The notes beneath the pieces are model-generated. The model saw only the letters and a list, made by a program, of their open reading frames with translations, had not been told where the DNA came from and did no database searches. 64,000 nt of DNA, taken from positions 17,619 to 81,618 of the forward strand of contig CAZRFU010000016.1 in NCBI GenBank assembly GCA_964599475.1. The letters run 5' to 3'. A program made the translations under genes and the position numbers. Of this stretch, positions 1 to 9,451 are shown piece by piece; the stretch's first letter is position 1; each line of letters begins with the position of its first letter. Origin of the DNA: an uncultured Thermoanaerobaculia bacterium (GTDB lineage: Bacteria; Acidobacteriota; Thermoanaerobaculia; Multivoradales; CAZRFU01).

Positions 1-1498
1 TGCGCGCGAGGTCCTCGAGGAGGGTGTCTCACGGATTGATCGAGCACTCGGCGATCAGCCCGCGGTGGCTGCCGACCTCTACGACGCCCTGGCCGAGATT
101 TACCAGCGCCTTGGCCTGGGAGCTCAGGGCCTCGATCTCGCCCAACGTGCCTTGGCGCTGCGCGAGCGAGAGCTCGCACCCGACCCGGCCAAGATCGGGG
201 AAACGCTGACCCGGATTGCCGCGCTCCAACTCGAGGGCCCGGAGCCGGCGCAGGCCCTTGCAGGTGCACACCGTGCGTGGTCGTTGCTGAGTCGCGAGCT
301 GGGCGAGGACAGTCTCGAGGCAGCACGCGCGGAAAGTGAGCTCGCTGCGGCCCTGATCTGGGCGGACCGCGCCGAGGAGAGCGTGGCCCATCACCAACAC
401 GCCTTCGACGTGCTCAGTGCCCTCCTGGGCCCCGACGATCCTCGCACCGCCGCACAGCTGGTGGCTTTGGCTCGTGCCCTCGAACAAGCGGGCCGGTACG
501 AGGACTCGATCGCTGCATTTCGGCAGGCCCTGCCGGCGCTCGAAGGAGCCCTCGGCGACCTCCACCCGGATGTCTCCTACGCGCGCCGGGATCTCGCCGG
601 GGTGCTCGATCGGGTCGGACGGCCCGCCGAAGCCGAGCCGCTGCTCGAGGCGGCGTTGGCGGCGCAACGCAAGGTGCTCGGGAACGACCACTGGCAAGTC
701 GGCGAAACTCTCTTCTCCTACGGCATTCTGCTCAACACCGCCGGACGTTTGCAGGAGGCGGAAGCTGCCTTCCGCGAGGCGCTGGCGATCGACGGCCCCG
801 CCACCCTCGCCGCCCACTGCCTGCGCTTCCTCGGCACCAACCTGGCCGAGCAGGGGCGCCTCGACGAGGCGGTCGAGAGTCTCGAATCGGCGATAGCCGA
901 GTACCGTCGTGTCGAGGGCCTGGACTCGACCGAGGCCTGGCGTGCGGTCGCCAGCCTCGGCCACGCCCACCTGCGCGGCGGGCGGGTCGAGCTGGCCCTC
1001 GCCACCCTGCGCGAGGCGGTGGCGCGGCTGGAGGAGCTGGCCGGGCCCGAGAGCTACCAGGTACGGATGCCGCTGCGCCAGCTCGGTGAGAGCCTGCGGT
1101 GGGCCGGCGAGCTCGAGCAGGCGGTTGCGGTGTTGCGCCGCACCCGCGCCCTCGAGGTCACCCTCTTCGGCACCGAGGACCATGGCGACATCGCCCTGAC
1201 CGATCTCCAGCTCGCGCGAACGCTGTTCGCCGTCGGGACCAAACCCGCACGCGAGGAGGCAAGCGCCCTGTTCGACGAAGCGATCGAGCTGCTGCGGCGC
1301 CACAAGACTCGCAGTGCCAGTCTCGGCGAGGCCCTGCTGGAGCGCGAGCGGCTCAGGCTCGCGCTGGGTGCCCCGGCGATCCGAGCCAACCTCGCCGAAG
1401 CCGTCGAGCGGCTGATGAGTGCCTACGACGCCGACGACCCCCGCACCCGCGAAGCTCGGGCCCTCCTTTCCGGCTCCGACCCGACCGCCAATCCCTGA
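1..1498 (+). CDS. TPR-repeat protein, 5'-partial (reading frame open to window start). Likely the C-terminal sensor domain of a third Ser/Thr-kinase paralog of the 6974 and 10109 genes
   Basis: ORF 65..1498 translation is all TPR_12-like repeats (AxxLxxLAxxyxxxGRxxEA) and resembles the tails of kinases at 6974 and 10109; frame is open back to nt 2. Confidence 0.6.
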   Translation, partial: AREVLEEGVSRIDRALGDQPAVAADLYDALAEIYQRLGLGAQGLDLAQRALALRERELAPDPAKIGETLTRIAALQLEGPEPAQALAGAHRAWSLLSRELGEDSLEAARAESELAAALIWADRAEESVAHHQHAFDVLSALLGPDDPRTAAQLVALARALEQAGRYEDSIAAFRQALPALEGALGDLHPDVSYARRDLAGVLDRVGRPAEAEPLLEAALAAQRKVLGNDHWQVGETLFSYGILLNTAGRLQEAEAAFREALAIDGPATLAAHCLRFLGTNLAEQGRLDEAVESLESAIAEYRRVEGLDSTEAWRAVASLGHAHLRGGRVELALATLREAVARLEELAGPESYQVRMPLRQLGESLRWAGELEQAVAVLRRTRALEVTLFGTEDHGDIALTDLQLARTLFAVGTKPAREEASALFDEAIELLRRHKTRSASLGEALLERERLRLALGAPAIRANLAEAVERLMSAYDADDPRTREARALLSGSDPTANP

Positions 1499-1627
1499 CC
1501 CGGGCTCTTCCTCGTTCACCAGCTCCTCCCCGGAGACCTGACTGCCTTGCCGGCGGCCGGCGCCCCACCGAACAGCGTGGCCCGCTGCCAGCGAGATTGT
1601 CGATCTGGGTTCTGAAAGGAGCTTCAG

Positions 1628-3157
1628 ATGGTCTCCGAACGAGCACCACGTCACCTCGCGCGTCACCTCGCGGGCGCATTGACGATTTTCGCCGCCGGCA
1701 GTGTCTCAGCCCAGGAGATCGGCGTCGACGACTTTCGCATCAGCGCCATGGGAGGCAGCGGAGATAGTGCCTACACGGCGATCTACTCGTCGGTTGCCCA
1801 CAACCCCCTCGCCGAGGAGTACCTGGTGGTGTGGCTCGGCGACACCAACACCGGCGACGGCGACAACCACTACCAGATCTTCGGGCAGCGTATCGACGTC
1901 GCGACCGGTGCCGAGCTCGGAACCGACGACTTCGTGATCGCAAGCCTCGGCGGCCCCTTCGGATCGGCGCCGTTCGCCTGGGTGACGGTGGCTCACGGCT
2001 CCGGCCAGAACGAGTACCTGGTCGTGTGGTCGACGATCACCGGGCTCGGCAACGGCAGCGACTACGAGATCTTCTGTCGTCGCGTCGCCGCCGACGGCAC
2101 ACCCCTCGGCGTCGCGCTCCAGATCAGCCACATGCACAACCCGACCCAGCCGCAGAACGAGAGCCAGTACACCGCCACCGAGCCCGCCGTCGCCTACAAC
2201 CCGCTCGCGGACGAGTTCCTGGTGGTGTGGGCGGGCGACCATGGTGTCGGCGGACTGGTCGACGAGGAAGTCGAGATCTTCGGGCAGCGCATCAGTGCCA
2301 CGACCGGCCTCGAGATCGGCACCGACGACGTGCGCATCAGCGACGTCGGAGGCACCGGCAGTACCTTCTCGGATGCCCGCTCGCCCGACGTCACCTACAA
2401 CTCGATCGACGACGAGTACCTGGTGGTGTGGGCCGCCGACGATCCCGATGCGGGCACGGCCGACAACGAGCTCGAGATCTACGGGCAGCGCCTGACCTCG
2501 CTCGGCGGCGAGATCGGCGTCAACGACTTCCGCGTCACCACCCATGGCCCCGCCAACGAGCCGGGCTACTCCGCGCTCGAGCCCGCGGTCGCCTTCAGCC
2601 CGGATCACTCCGAGTACCTGGTGGTGTTCAGCGCACCCGAAGCCTGGTCGCAGGCGGTCGGACCCGGCTTCGAGATCTACGCCCAGCGTCTCGACGCGAG
2701 CGCAAGCGCACTCGGCGGCGCCTTCAGGCTGAGCGATGTCGGCGGCCTGGCGGAGCTCGCTTTCGACGCCGACACCCCCGATGTCGCCTATGCCCCGGCT
2801 TCGGAGCGCTGGATCGTCGTCTTCCGAGCCGACGACAACGTCGGCGGGCAAGTCGACGGCGAGCGCGAGGTCCACCTGCAGGAGGTCGATGCGGCAACCG
2901 GCGCCGAGGTCGGCGACAACGACGCCCGCGTCAGCGACATGGGCCCCACCGGCAGCACGATCTACCAGACCTCACTGCCCACCGTCGCTTGCGCCGCTGC
3001 GACCGAGTGCCTGGTGATCTGGCGCGGCGACGACAACGTCGGCGGCCTGGTCAACGACGAATTCGAAATCTTCGGCCAACGCTGGGCAACCACACTGCCG
3101 GCCTCGATCTTCGAGGACGGGTTCGAAAGTGGCGACACCTCGGCGTGGAGCCTGTAG
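1628..3157 (+). CDS. secreted repeat protein, seven tandem ~58-aa repeats (motif YNPLxxEYLVVW.GD...EIFGQRI), signal peptide, C-terminal DGFESGDTSAWSL tag
   Basis: ATG at 1628 preceded by AAAGGAG; N-terminus MVSERAPRHLARHLAGALTIFAAGSVSAQE looks like a Sec signal; repeated E[YF]LVVW / EIFGQR motifs in the translation; ends FEDGFESGDTSAWSL*. Confidence 0.7.
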   Translation: MVSERAPRHLARHLAGALTIFAAGSVSAQEIGVDDFRISAMGGSGDSAYTAIYSSVAHNPLAEEYLVVWLGDTNTGDGDNHYQIFGQRIDVATGAELGTDDFVIASLGGPFGSAPFAWVTVAHGSGQNEYLVVWSTITGLGNGSDYEIFCRRVAADGTPLGVALQISHMHNPTQPQNESQYTATEPAVAYNPLADEFLVVWAGDHGVGGLVDEEVEIFGQRISATTGLEIGTDDVRISDVGGTGSTFSDARSPDVTYNSIDDEYLVVWAADDPDAGTADNELEIYGQRLTSLGGEIGVNDFRVTTHGPANEPGYSALEPAVAFSPDHSEYLVVFSAPEAWSQAVGPGFEIYAQRLDASASALGGAFRLSDVGGLAELAFDADTPDVAYAPASERWIVVFRADDNVGGQVDGEREVHLQEVDAATGAEVGDNDARVSDMGPTGSTIYQTSLPTVACAAATECLVIWRGDDNVGGLVNDEFEIFGQRWATTLPASIFEDGFESGDTSAWSL

Positions 3158-3254
3158 CTCGGCGACGCTGGGTTCCGCGGCGTGTTGCTCGACCCGCGTG
3201 CAGCGCCATGGTCGGCGCAATGACGCCGCGCTGGGCAACCGGCCTGCGGCCCAC

Positions 3255-4789
3255 TCACGGCACGGTGTTCGACCACGCCCAGGTGTTGCCAGTCTCGAAA
3301 CCGTCGGCAAAGAACCACGGGCAGCCGCCCGCGGTGTGCTCGACCGAGCCCATGTCGTTGGTGCCGTTGCCCTGTGGCCGCAACACGCCACGCTGATCCA
3401 TGAAGGTATTGCCGCCCGCGAGAGGGATCCCAGCGTCGATCGCCGGGCTGCTCGGGCTGAGATTGTGGCTGCGGGTGAGCTCCTCGGGGATCCCGACCGG
3501 GCAGGAAAAGCCGAGGGGCAGGATCTGGGCGTCGGTCTCGGGTTTGTTGCCGTTGGTCGCAAGCTCGCCACAGCTGATCCCAGACCACAGGCTCGCGCCG
3601 ATGTCCACTGCGGCGCCGCCTGCGATCGAGCACTGGTCGCCGCTGTCCGTTGCGCTGTTCAGAGCCCAGATCACGTTGCGGGCGTGCAACGTCGAGCCGA
3701 TCGCCCCGGTCGTGACGCCACCGCCAACGGCGGCCTGATTGTTGGCGATCGTGGTCATCCGCAAGGTCAAGGCGCCTTCGTTGTGGATACCACCACCCGA
3801 GCCGGCGCTGGTGTTGCCGGAGACCGTCGTGTTCTCGAGCTGGAGGGTCCCGAGATTGGCGACGGCGCCACCTCTCGCGGCGGGATCGCTCGCGACGTTG
3901 CCCGAGAAGGTGGACTCGCGCTGGAGCGACGATGACCCCGCTGTGATGAAGAAGCCCCCTCCCTCGGCGGCAGCATTGTCGGCGACCGTATCCCGGCTGA
4001 GTGAAACGCCGGAGGCGTTCTGCAGCAACACGGCGCCGCCCTGGCCGGCCGCCACGTTGAGCACGAACGAGCTCAGATCCAGAAAGCCCGAGGCGCTCGT
4101 GGCACGAACCGCACCGCCATCGCCACCGGCGGTGTTGTTGTCGAACGAGGATCCAAACACCGCGAGCTGGGTCGTGTTGGCGACATCGAGCGCGCCGCCA
4201 TGGCCAACTGCGGTGTTGTTGGTAAGGATGGTGCGGCTCAGGTCCACCCGCCCGCCGATGGCGGCGATGGCTCCGCCGTCGCCGTTGGCGTGGTTGCCGG
4301 CAAGAGTGCTCCACAGAGCGTGGACCACGCCACCACTCGCGAGCACGGCGCCGCCACTCCCGGTGGAGGTGTTGTTGGCCAGGATGGCTCGGTCGAGCTC
4401 GAGGTCACCACCGGGCTCCACCACCCCGCTCCACCGCCCGCTGCAACGCCGTCGACGAGGAAGATCTCTCGCATCGTGGCGACCGCCGCAGCGGCGACCA
4501 CGAAGTGCCGCGTCGTGCCGCCACCCGACAGTGTCACCTTGTTGTCCCCATCGAAAACCACGAAGGCCGTGATCGGCTTGGCGGCGGTCAGGGTGATCAC
4601 GATCGGGTCGGGGCCACAGTCGAAGGTGATCGTGCCACCGCCGGCGTGCGCCGTCGCGATCGCGGCATCAAGGTGGGACTCGGTGCATCCTCCAGGCGAG
4701 CCGTCGCCGACGACGGCGTTGGCGCCGAGGACCGGAGGGACGGCGAGCAGCAAGCAGAGGGTGAGGCAAGGGAAGTCGCGAGGTTTCAT
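3255..4789 (-). CDS. Pmp-repeat (GGA[IVL]) right-handed parallel beta-helix secreted protein with CSLREA-like N-terminal motif and C-terminal DGFETGNTWAWS tag; reading frame broken near 4420-4432 (G-run), so possibly a pseudogene or sequencing error
   Basis: ORF 4238..4789 (signal peptide MKPRDFPCLTLCLLLAVPPVLGANA, motif GCTESHLDAAIATAHAGGGTITFDCG) and ORF 3255..4424 (NNTxxGxGGA repeats, tag FADGFETGNTWAWSNTVP*) align collinearly to the paralog at 4786..6309. The two frames join if one G is added to the GGGG run. Confidence 0.6.
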
Positions 4790-6309
4790 GGCGTAGTCGA
4801 GCTCCAGGAGTTGGTGTTGCCGAGATCAAAGTCGTCGGCGAAGAGGGCGAAACAGTCGCCGGCCTGGTACTCGACCGCCCCAACGTCACAGCCAAGGCCC
4901 TGGGGCCGCGGGACGCCACGCTGGTCGACCTGCGGGGCCAGGGCACAGGAGGCCGCGTCGATCGCCGGGCTCGTTGCCTCGATCGCGTGGGTAGGGGTTC
5001 GTTCGGTTGCCAGTCCAGTGCAGGTCCTCGCCAGGGCGGCGATCCCAGGATTGGTGTTGGGTTGGTTGCCGCTGCTCGTGCCGGTACCGCAGGTCGTGTC
5101 GGACCAGATGCTGAAACTCAGCCCGAGCGGCGCGGCGCCGAAGTTGCACTGCGAGTCGACAAGGCCGTTGTTGGATCGGTTTGCAACCAAGAGGCTGTTG
5201 TGGATCTCGAGCAGGCCGGCAGGCAAGTTGTCGATCCCGGCGCCGGGGTCGCGTGTGACGTTGCCGACGATCGTGCTGTTGACCACCATGGCGGTGCCAC
5301 TGTTGCTGAGGCCACCGCCCCCCAACGCCCAGTTGCCGGAAATGGTCGCGTTCTGCAGGGCCAGCGTACCGAGATTTTCGATACCGCCGCCGATCACCGC
5401 GCTGTTGCGCGACACCGTTGTCGATATCACCACGACCTGCGATGGCGTGTTGACTCCGAGTCCACCGGCGAGACCGGCCGAGTTGTTGGCATCGAGCCAG
5501 GAGTCGGTGATCGTGACGTCGCTGCCATCCCACACGTAGAGCCCACCCGCCTCAGCCGCGTCGTTGCCCCGGATCAGCACGCGGGTGAACTGGGTGAAGA
5601 ACGCGCCGCGCAGGGCGACTCCTCCGCCGGCGCCGCCGGCCGTATTCCCCTCGATCCGGCTGTCGATCACACCGACATTCGAAAACCACGCTTCGACGGC
5701 GCCCCCATCGGTTCCGGCGCCGTTGCCGGTCATCGTGCTCGATTGCACCACGAGGCCGCCGGGATAGAGGTTGATGCCACCTCCTCCTCCGACAGCCTCG
5801 TTGTCGCGGACATGGCTGTCGACGAGGGAAACGAAGAGATGGTTGCCGGCGATCGCACCGCCCCAGGAGGCGGAGATGTTGTCCTCGAGGGTCACCCCCT
5901 CGAGATGCAGTTGCACCGCAAGGTCGAGGGACGGGGCGGGAGCCCAGATCGAACCGCCGGGTGAGGCGCTCCCGAGCGTCAGGGTGAGATTGCGCAGCGT
6001 CACCTCGCTGTCGTCGAGAAGGCGAAAGTGCCGCGTGGCAAGGCCTCCGGAAAGGGCGATCAGATTGCCACCATCGATCGTGACCTGGTCGCCGAGGACC
6101 TTTTCGCTGGTGAGCACGATGGCGTGGGGAGCCGGCCCACAGTCGAAGGTGATCAGGCCGCCTCCGGCGTTGGCGGAGGCCACCGCCGCCGTCAAGGCCG
6201 CCTCGGTACAACTTGCAGACGATCCGTCGCCCACCACGGCGTCGGCGCCGTAGGTCGGCGCGACCAAGGCCACGGCGGCGGGAAGTACGAGCTGATGAAC
6301 CAGGCGCAT
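4786..6309 (-). CDS. Pmp-repeat parallel beta-helix secreted protein (paralog of 3255..4789), CSLREA-like N-terminus, C-terminal DDFDLGNTNSWS tag
   Basis: Start taken at internal ATG 6309 (MRLVHQLVLPAAVALVAPTYGADA signal peptide, AGGAGG RBS upstream) rather than ORF start 6369; GGG[AG][IVL] repeats; stop TGA overlaps ATG of the downstream gene (ATGA at 4786-4789). Confidence 0.75.
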   Translation of the reverse strand: MRLVHQLVLPAAVALVAPTYGADAVVGDGSSASCTEAALTAAVASANAGGGLITFDCGPAPHAIVLTSEKVLGDQVTIDGGNLIALSGGLATRHFRLLDDSEVTLRNLTLTLGSASPGGSIWAPAPSLDLAVQLHLEGVTLEDNISASWGGAIAGNHLFVSLVDSHVRDNEAVGGGGGINLYPGGLVVQSSTMTGNGAGTDGGAVEAWFSNVGVIDSRIEGNTAGGAGGGVALRGAFFTQFTRVLIRGNDAAEAGGLYVWDGSDVTITDSWLDANNSAGLAGGLGVNTPSQVVVISTTVSRNSAVIGGGIENLGTLALQNATISGNWALGGGGLSNSGTAMVVNSTIVGNVTRDPGAGIDNLPAGLLEIHNSLLVANRSNNGLVDSQCNFGAAPLGLSFSIWSDTTCGTGTSSGNQPNTNPGIAALARTCTGLATERTPTHAIEATSPAIDAASCALAPQVDQRGVPRPQGLGCDVGAVEYQAGDCFALFADDFDLGNTNSWSSTTP

Positions 6310-6392
6310 TGGGTTTCCTCCTCGAGCTGCTATTGGCTCGAACGGGAAATCGAGGGAGAAAGCGGACATGGCGCCCCTGCTAACATCTCCGC

Positions 6393-6968
6393 GTGTCAGC
6401 TCCCATCCCGGCCGGCGACCTCACCGCCCTGATCGAGGCTTGGGATGGCGGCGCGGGGGTGCCGGTCGACGAGCTGTGGCAGGCTGCCTATGCCGAGCTC
6501 AAAGCGCTTGCACGCTCGCGACTGCGGCGCCAGGGACCCGTGACACTGCTCGACACCACCGCTCTGGTCAACGAGAGCTACCTGCGGCTGGTGGGCGTCG
6601 GCCGCCTCCAGGTCGAGACTCGCGGCAAGTTCTTCGCCTACGCCTCGCGCGTGATGCGGTCGGTAGTCGTCGACCTCGCGCGCGAACGACTCACGACACG
6701 GCGTGGTGGCGGTGCCGAGGCGGTCACCTTCGACACGGACGCCGTCGACCGCCTGCAGTTCCCGGCGCTGGCCGAGCCGCTCGATGTCGATGCGGTGCTC
6801 GCGGAGCTGGAGGTGGTCGACCCGCGACTCGCGAAGGTCGTCGAGATGCGCTATTTCGCGGGCTACACCGAGGTCGAGATCGCGACGATCCTCGGCCTCA
6901 CCGAACGCACGGTACGCCGCGACTGGCACAAGGCGAAGCTGCTGCTGCGCACGATGATCGTTCGCTGA
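6393..6968 (+). CDS. ECF-type RNA polymerase sigma factor, kinase-associated subgroup (TIGR02999/ECF43-like)
   Basis: GTG start; sigma-2 region LVNESYLRL and sigma-4 region YTEVEIATILGLTERTVRRDWHKAKLLL; immediately followed by a Ser/Thr kinase gene. Confidence 0.8.
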   Translation: MSAPIPAGDLTALIEAWDGGAGVPVDELWQAAYAELKALARSRLRRQGPVTLLDTTALVNESYLRLVGVGRLQVETRGKFFAYASRVMRSVVVDLARERLTTRRGGGAEAVTFDTDAVDRLQFPALAEPLDVDAVLAELEVVDPRLAKVVEMRYFAGYTEVEIATILGLTERTVRRDWHKAKLLLRTMIVR

Positions 6969-6973
6969 GGCCC

Positions 6974-9334
6974 ATGAACCGCCTACCATGCTCACCCGGC
7001 CAATGGCCCGAGCTCTCGCGGCTACTCGACGAGGCGCTCGAAAGTCATCAGCAGGATCGAGGAATATGGCTCGAGCGCGTCGGCCGAGAGCGGCCGGACC
7101 TCATCGAGGCCCTGCGAACGGTGCTCGAGGCCGAGGTAGGCGAGCAGGCCGATGCCGCCCAATTCGAGTCCCCGTCCTGGGATCTCCTCGATGACGAGGA
7201 TGCTCTTGGCCAGGGAACCGTCGTCGGGCCCTACACGCTCGAAGCCGAGTTGGGAGTGGGCGGGATGGGGACCGTCTGGAGCGCCCACCGCAGCGACGGC
7301 GCGTACCAACGCCGGGTTGCACTCAAGCTGCCCCACCTCTGCGGGCCGGGGGCGGATCTCCGGGCTCGGTTTCGGCGCGAGCGGGACATCCTCGCCCGGC
7401 TGTCGCATCCCAACATCGCGCAGTTTCTCGACGCCGGCGTTGCTGCCGACGGGCGCCCGTATCTTGCACTCGAGTTGGTCGAGGGGCGGTCGATTCTCGA
7501 GGCTGCTGGGTGCGCTCGGCTCAGCGTCGACGGGCGCTTGCGGTGGTTCCGGGCGGTGCTCGACGCCGTCGCCTACGCCCATGCCAGGCTCGTGGTCCAC
7601 CGCGACATCAAGCCCTCCAACGTCCTGGTCGGCGCCGCCGGCTCCGTCAAGCTGCTCGACTTCGGGATCGCCAAGCTGCTCGAGCCGACCGCCTCCGAGC
7701 GCGGCGGCGCCGCGCAGCTCACCCGCGCGGACGTCAGACCAGCGACTCCCGACTACGCCGCTCCCGAGCAGCTCGACGGCGGTGATGTGACCGTGGCGAC
7801 CGACGTGTGGGCGCTCGGTGCGCTGCTGTTCGAGTTGCTGACCGGTGGCCGACCTTTCTCCCGCGCCGAGCGTCTGAGTAGCCAACGCGACCGCTTCGTA
7901 CCGTTCTCCTCGCGCCGCGTCGACCCGACGCACGCTCGGGCGTGCGGCTTGTCGACGAAATCCCTCGCCAGGCGACTCGAAGGCGATCTCGACGCGATCC
8001 TCGCCAAAGCTCTCGCTTTCGAGCCGACCGATCGGTACGCCTCGGTCGAGGCATTCGCCGGCGACCTCGACCGCCACCTTGCTCTCCAGCCGATCGTCGC
8101 GCGGCGGCCGAGCGCATTGGTGCGGGCGCGCCTGTTCGCGCGCCGTCACCGAGTCGGACTGGTGTCGTTCGGCCTCCTCCTCGCGTCGGTGACCGCAGGC
8201 ATGCTCGGGGTACTGCTGCAGGCCCGGGCGACCTCGGCGGCCGCCCGGCGCGCCGAAGCGACCAAGGACTTCCTCGTCGAGGTCTTCAAAGGCAGCGACC
8301 CGCGGGTTGCGCGCACCAAGCCCCGCGGCGAGATCACCGCTCGAGAGCTGCTCGACATCGCGGCTCACGATCTCGAAGTCGGGTTCGAGGATGATCCCGA
8401 GACCCGGATCGAGCTGTTGGGGCTGACCGCCACGATCTACACCTACCTCGACGAGATCGGTGCCGCACGGAGGCTGGCCGAGATGGGACGGCTCGAGGGG
8501 CAGCGCCTGCTCGAGGCCGACGATCCTCGCCTGCTCGACCCTTGGCTTCTCGAGATCTGGCTTGCCCTCGAGGCCGGGGACCTCGAGTCCGCGCGGACAC
8601 GGCTCACCGAGGTCGACCGACACCTTACGGTCTACGGGCTCGATCACACGGTCCACCGCGCCGGTTACCACCTGGCCGCCAGCGACATCGCTGCGGCGCA
8701 GGGCGATCGAGACGGCCGGAAGCAAGAGCTCGAGCAGGCCCGGGCTCTTTATGCTGCGGTGGCTCCACGCGACTCAGGGCATGCCGCAGCGCTGTCGAAT
8801 CTCGGCCTGTTGCGTCTGGGGGGTGGTGAACCCACGGAGGCTCTGACCCTGCTCGACCGCGCCCTGACGGTGGCCCAGACTGCCACCAGCGATGTGGGTA
8901 CCGACCTCGCCCGGATTCACGCTCGTCGAGGCCGGGTGTTGCTGGAGCTCGCGCGCTTCGAGGACGCCCGGGAAGCGCTCGACACGGCTCTGGCGCTGTA
9001 CGCCGCGACGGTCGGCACAGACCATGTGACCACCTGGGCCCCGCGCGCCGCCCGTGCCCGAGCGGCAGCCTACCTCGGCCAAGCCATCGACGCCGACCGC
9101 GACCTCGGTTCTCTCGAAAGCCTCCCGGGCTGGCAGGAACCGCGTTTCTCGCGCTACCGTCAGGAGGCCAACTTGCACCGCGGCCTGGCTTTGGCCAGAC
9201 TCGGTCGGCAGCCACAGGCTGCGGCGATTCTCGCCGAGAGCGTCGCAAGCCTGGGCGACGATCCCGAGCTCGAAGCCGAGATCCGCTGGGCTCGGCTCGA
9301 GATCGCAAGCACCCGGTCCGACGCAGGTGGATGA
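6974..9334 (+). CDS. Ser/Thr protein kinase (PknB-like) with one TM helix and extracytoplasmic TPR sensor domain
   Basis: ATG 6974 is 5 nt after the sigma stop; GxGxxG (ELGVGGMGTVW), VALK, HRDIKPSNVLV, DFG, APE motifs; TM LVSFGLLLASVTAGMLGVLL; TPR repeats to the C-terminus. The supplied ORF 6368..9334 is an artefactual extension through the sigma gene. Confidence 0.85.
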   Translation: MNRLPCSPGQWPELSRLLDEALESHQQDRGIWLERVGRERPDLIEALRTVLEAEVGEQADAAQFESPSWDLLDDEDALGQGTVVGPYTLEAELGVGGMGTVWSAHRSDGAYQRRVALKLPHLCGPGADLRARFRRERDILARLSHPNIAQFLDAGVAADGRPYLALELVEGRSILEAAGCARLSVDGRLRWFRAVLDAVAYAHARLVVHRDIKPSNVLVGAAGSVKLLDFGIAKLLEPTASERGGAAQLTRADVRPATPDYAAPEQLDGGDVTVATDVWALGALLFELLTGGRPFSRAERLSSQRDRFVPFSSRRVDPTHARACGLSTKSLARRLEGDLDAILAKALAFEPTDRYASVEAFAGDLDRHLALQPIVARRPSALVRARLFARRHRVGLVSFGLLLASVTAGMLGVLLQARATSAAARRAEATKDFLVEVFKGSDPRVARTKPRGEITARELLDIAAHDLEVGFEDDPETRIELLGLTATIYTYLDEIGAARRLAEMGRLEGQRLLEADDPRLLDPWLLEIWLALEAGDLESARTRLTEVDRHLTVYGLDHTVHRAGYHLAASDIAAAQGDRDGRKQELEQARALYAAVAPRDSGHAAALSNLGLLRLGGGEPTEALTLLDRALTVAQTATSDVGTDLARIHARRGRVLLELARFEDAREALDTALALYAATVGTDHVTTWAPRAARARAAAYLGQAIDADRDLGSLESLPGWQEPRFSRYRQEANLHRGLALARLGRQPQAAAILAESVASLGDDPELEAEIRWARLEIASTRSDAGG

Positions 9335-9451
9335 CCGGAGCCGTCCCTCGACGTTCCCCGGTCCGGCGCCCCGCTGACGGCAGTCACCGAGACGCGTCTG
9401 GGAATGCCGCGCCCTGATACCGACCGCGCGGAGTCCTCTTCGAGCCGGGTG

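Noticed and set aside
29-1666. 545-aa minus-strand ORF
   Set aside because: Antisense to the TPR-protein gene; Arg/Gly-rich low-complexity translation typical of high-GC antisense frames
7022-8725. 567-aa minus-strand ORF; similarly 1706..2875(-), 9452..11290(-) N-terminal part, 41266..44640(-) 1124 aa, 55271..58330(+) 1019 aa, 35602..37344(+), 30613..33078(+), 58510..60177(-), 23216..26461(+) N-terminal part
   Set aside because: All are antisense or alternative-frame overlaps of well-supported genes, with Arg/Pro/Gly-rich junk translations and no motifs. Such ORFs are the expected artefact at about 70% GC.
6368-9334. 988-aa ORF presented as one protein
   Set aside because: Its first roughly 200 codons are an out-of-frame overlap of the sigma-factor gene. 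The real products are sigma (6393..6968) and kinase (6974..9334).
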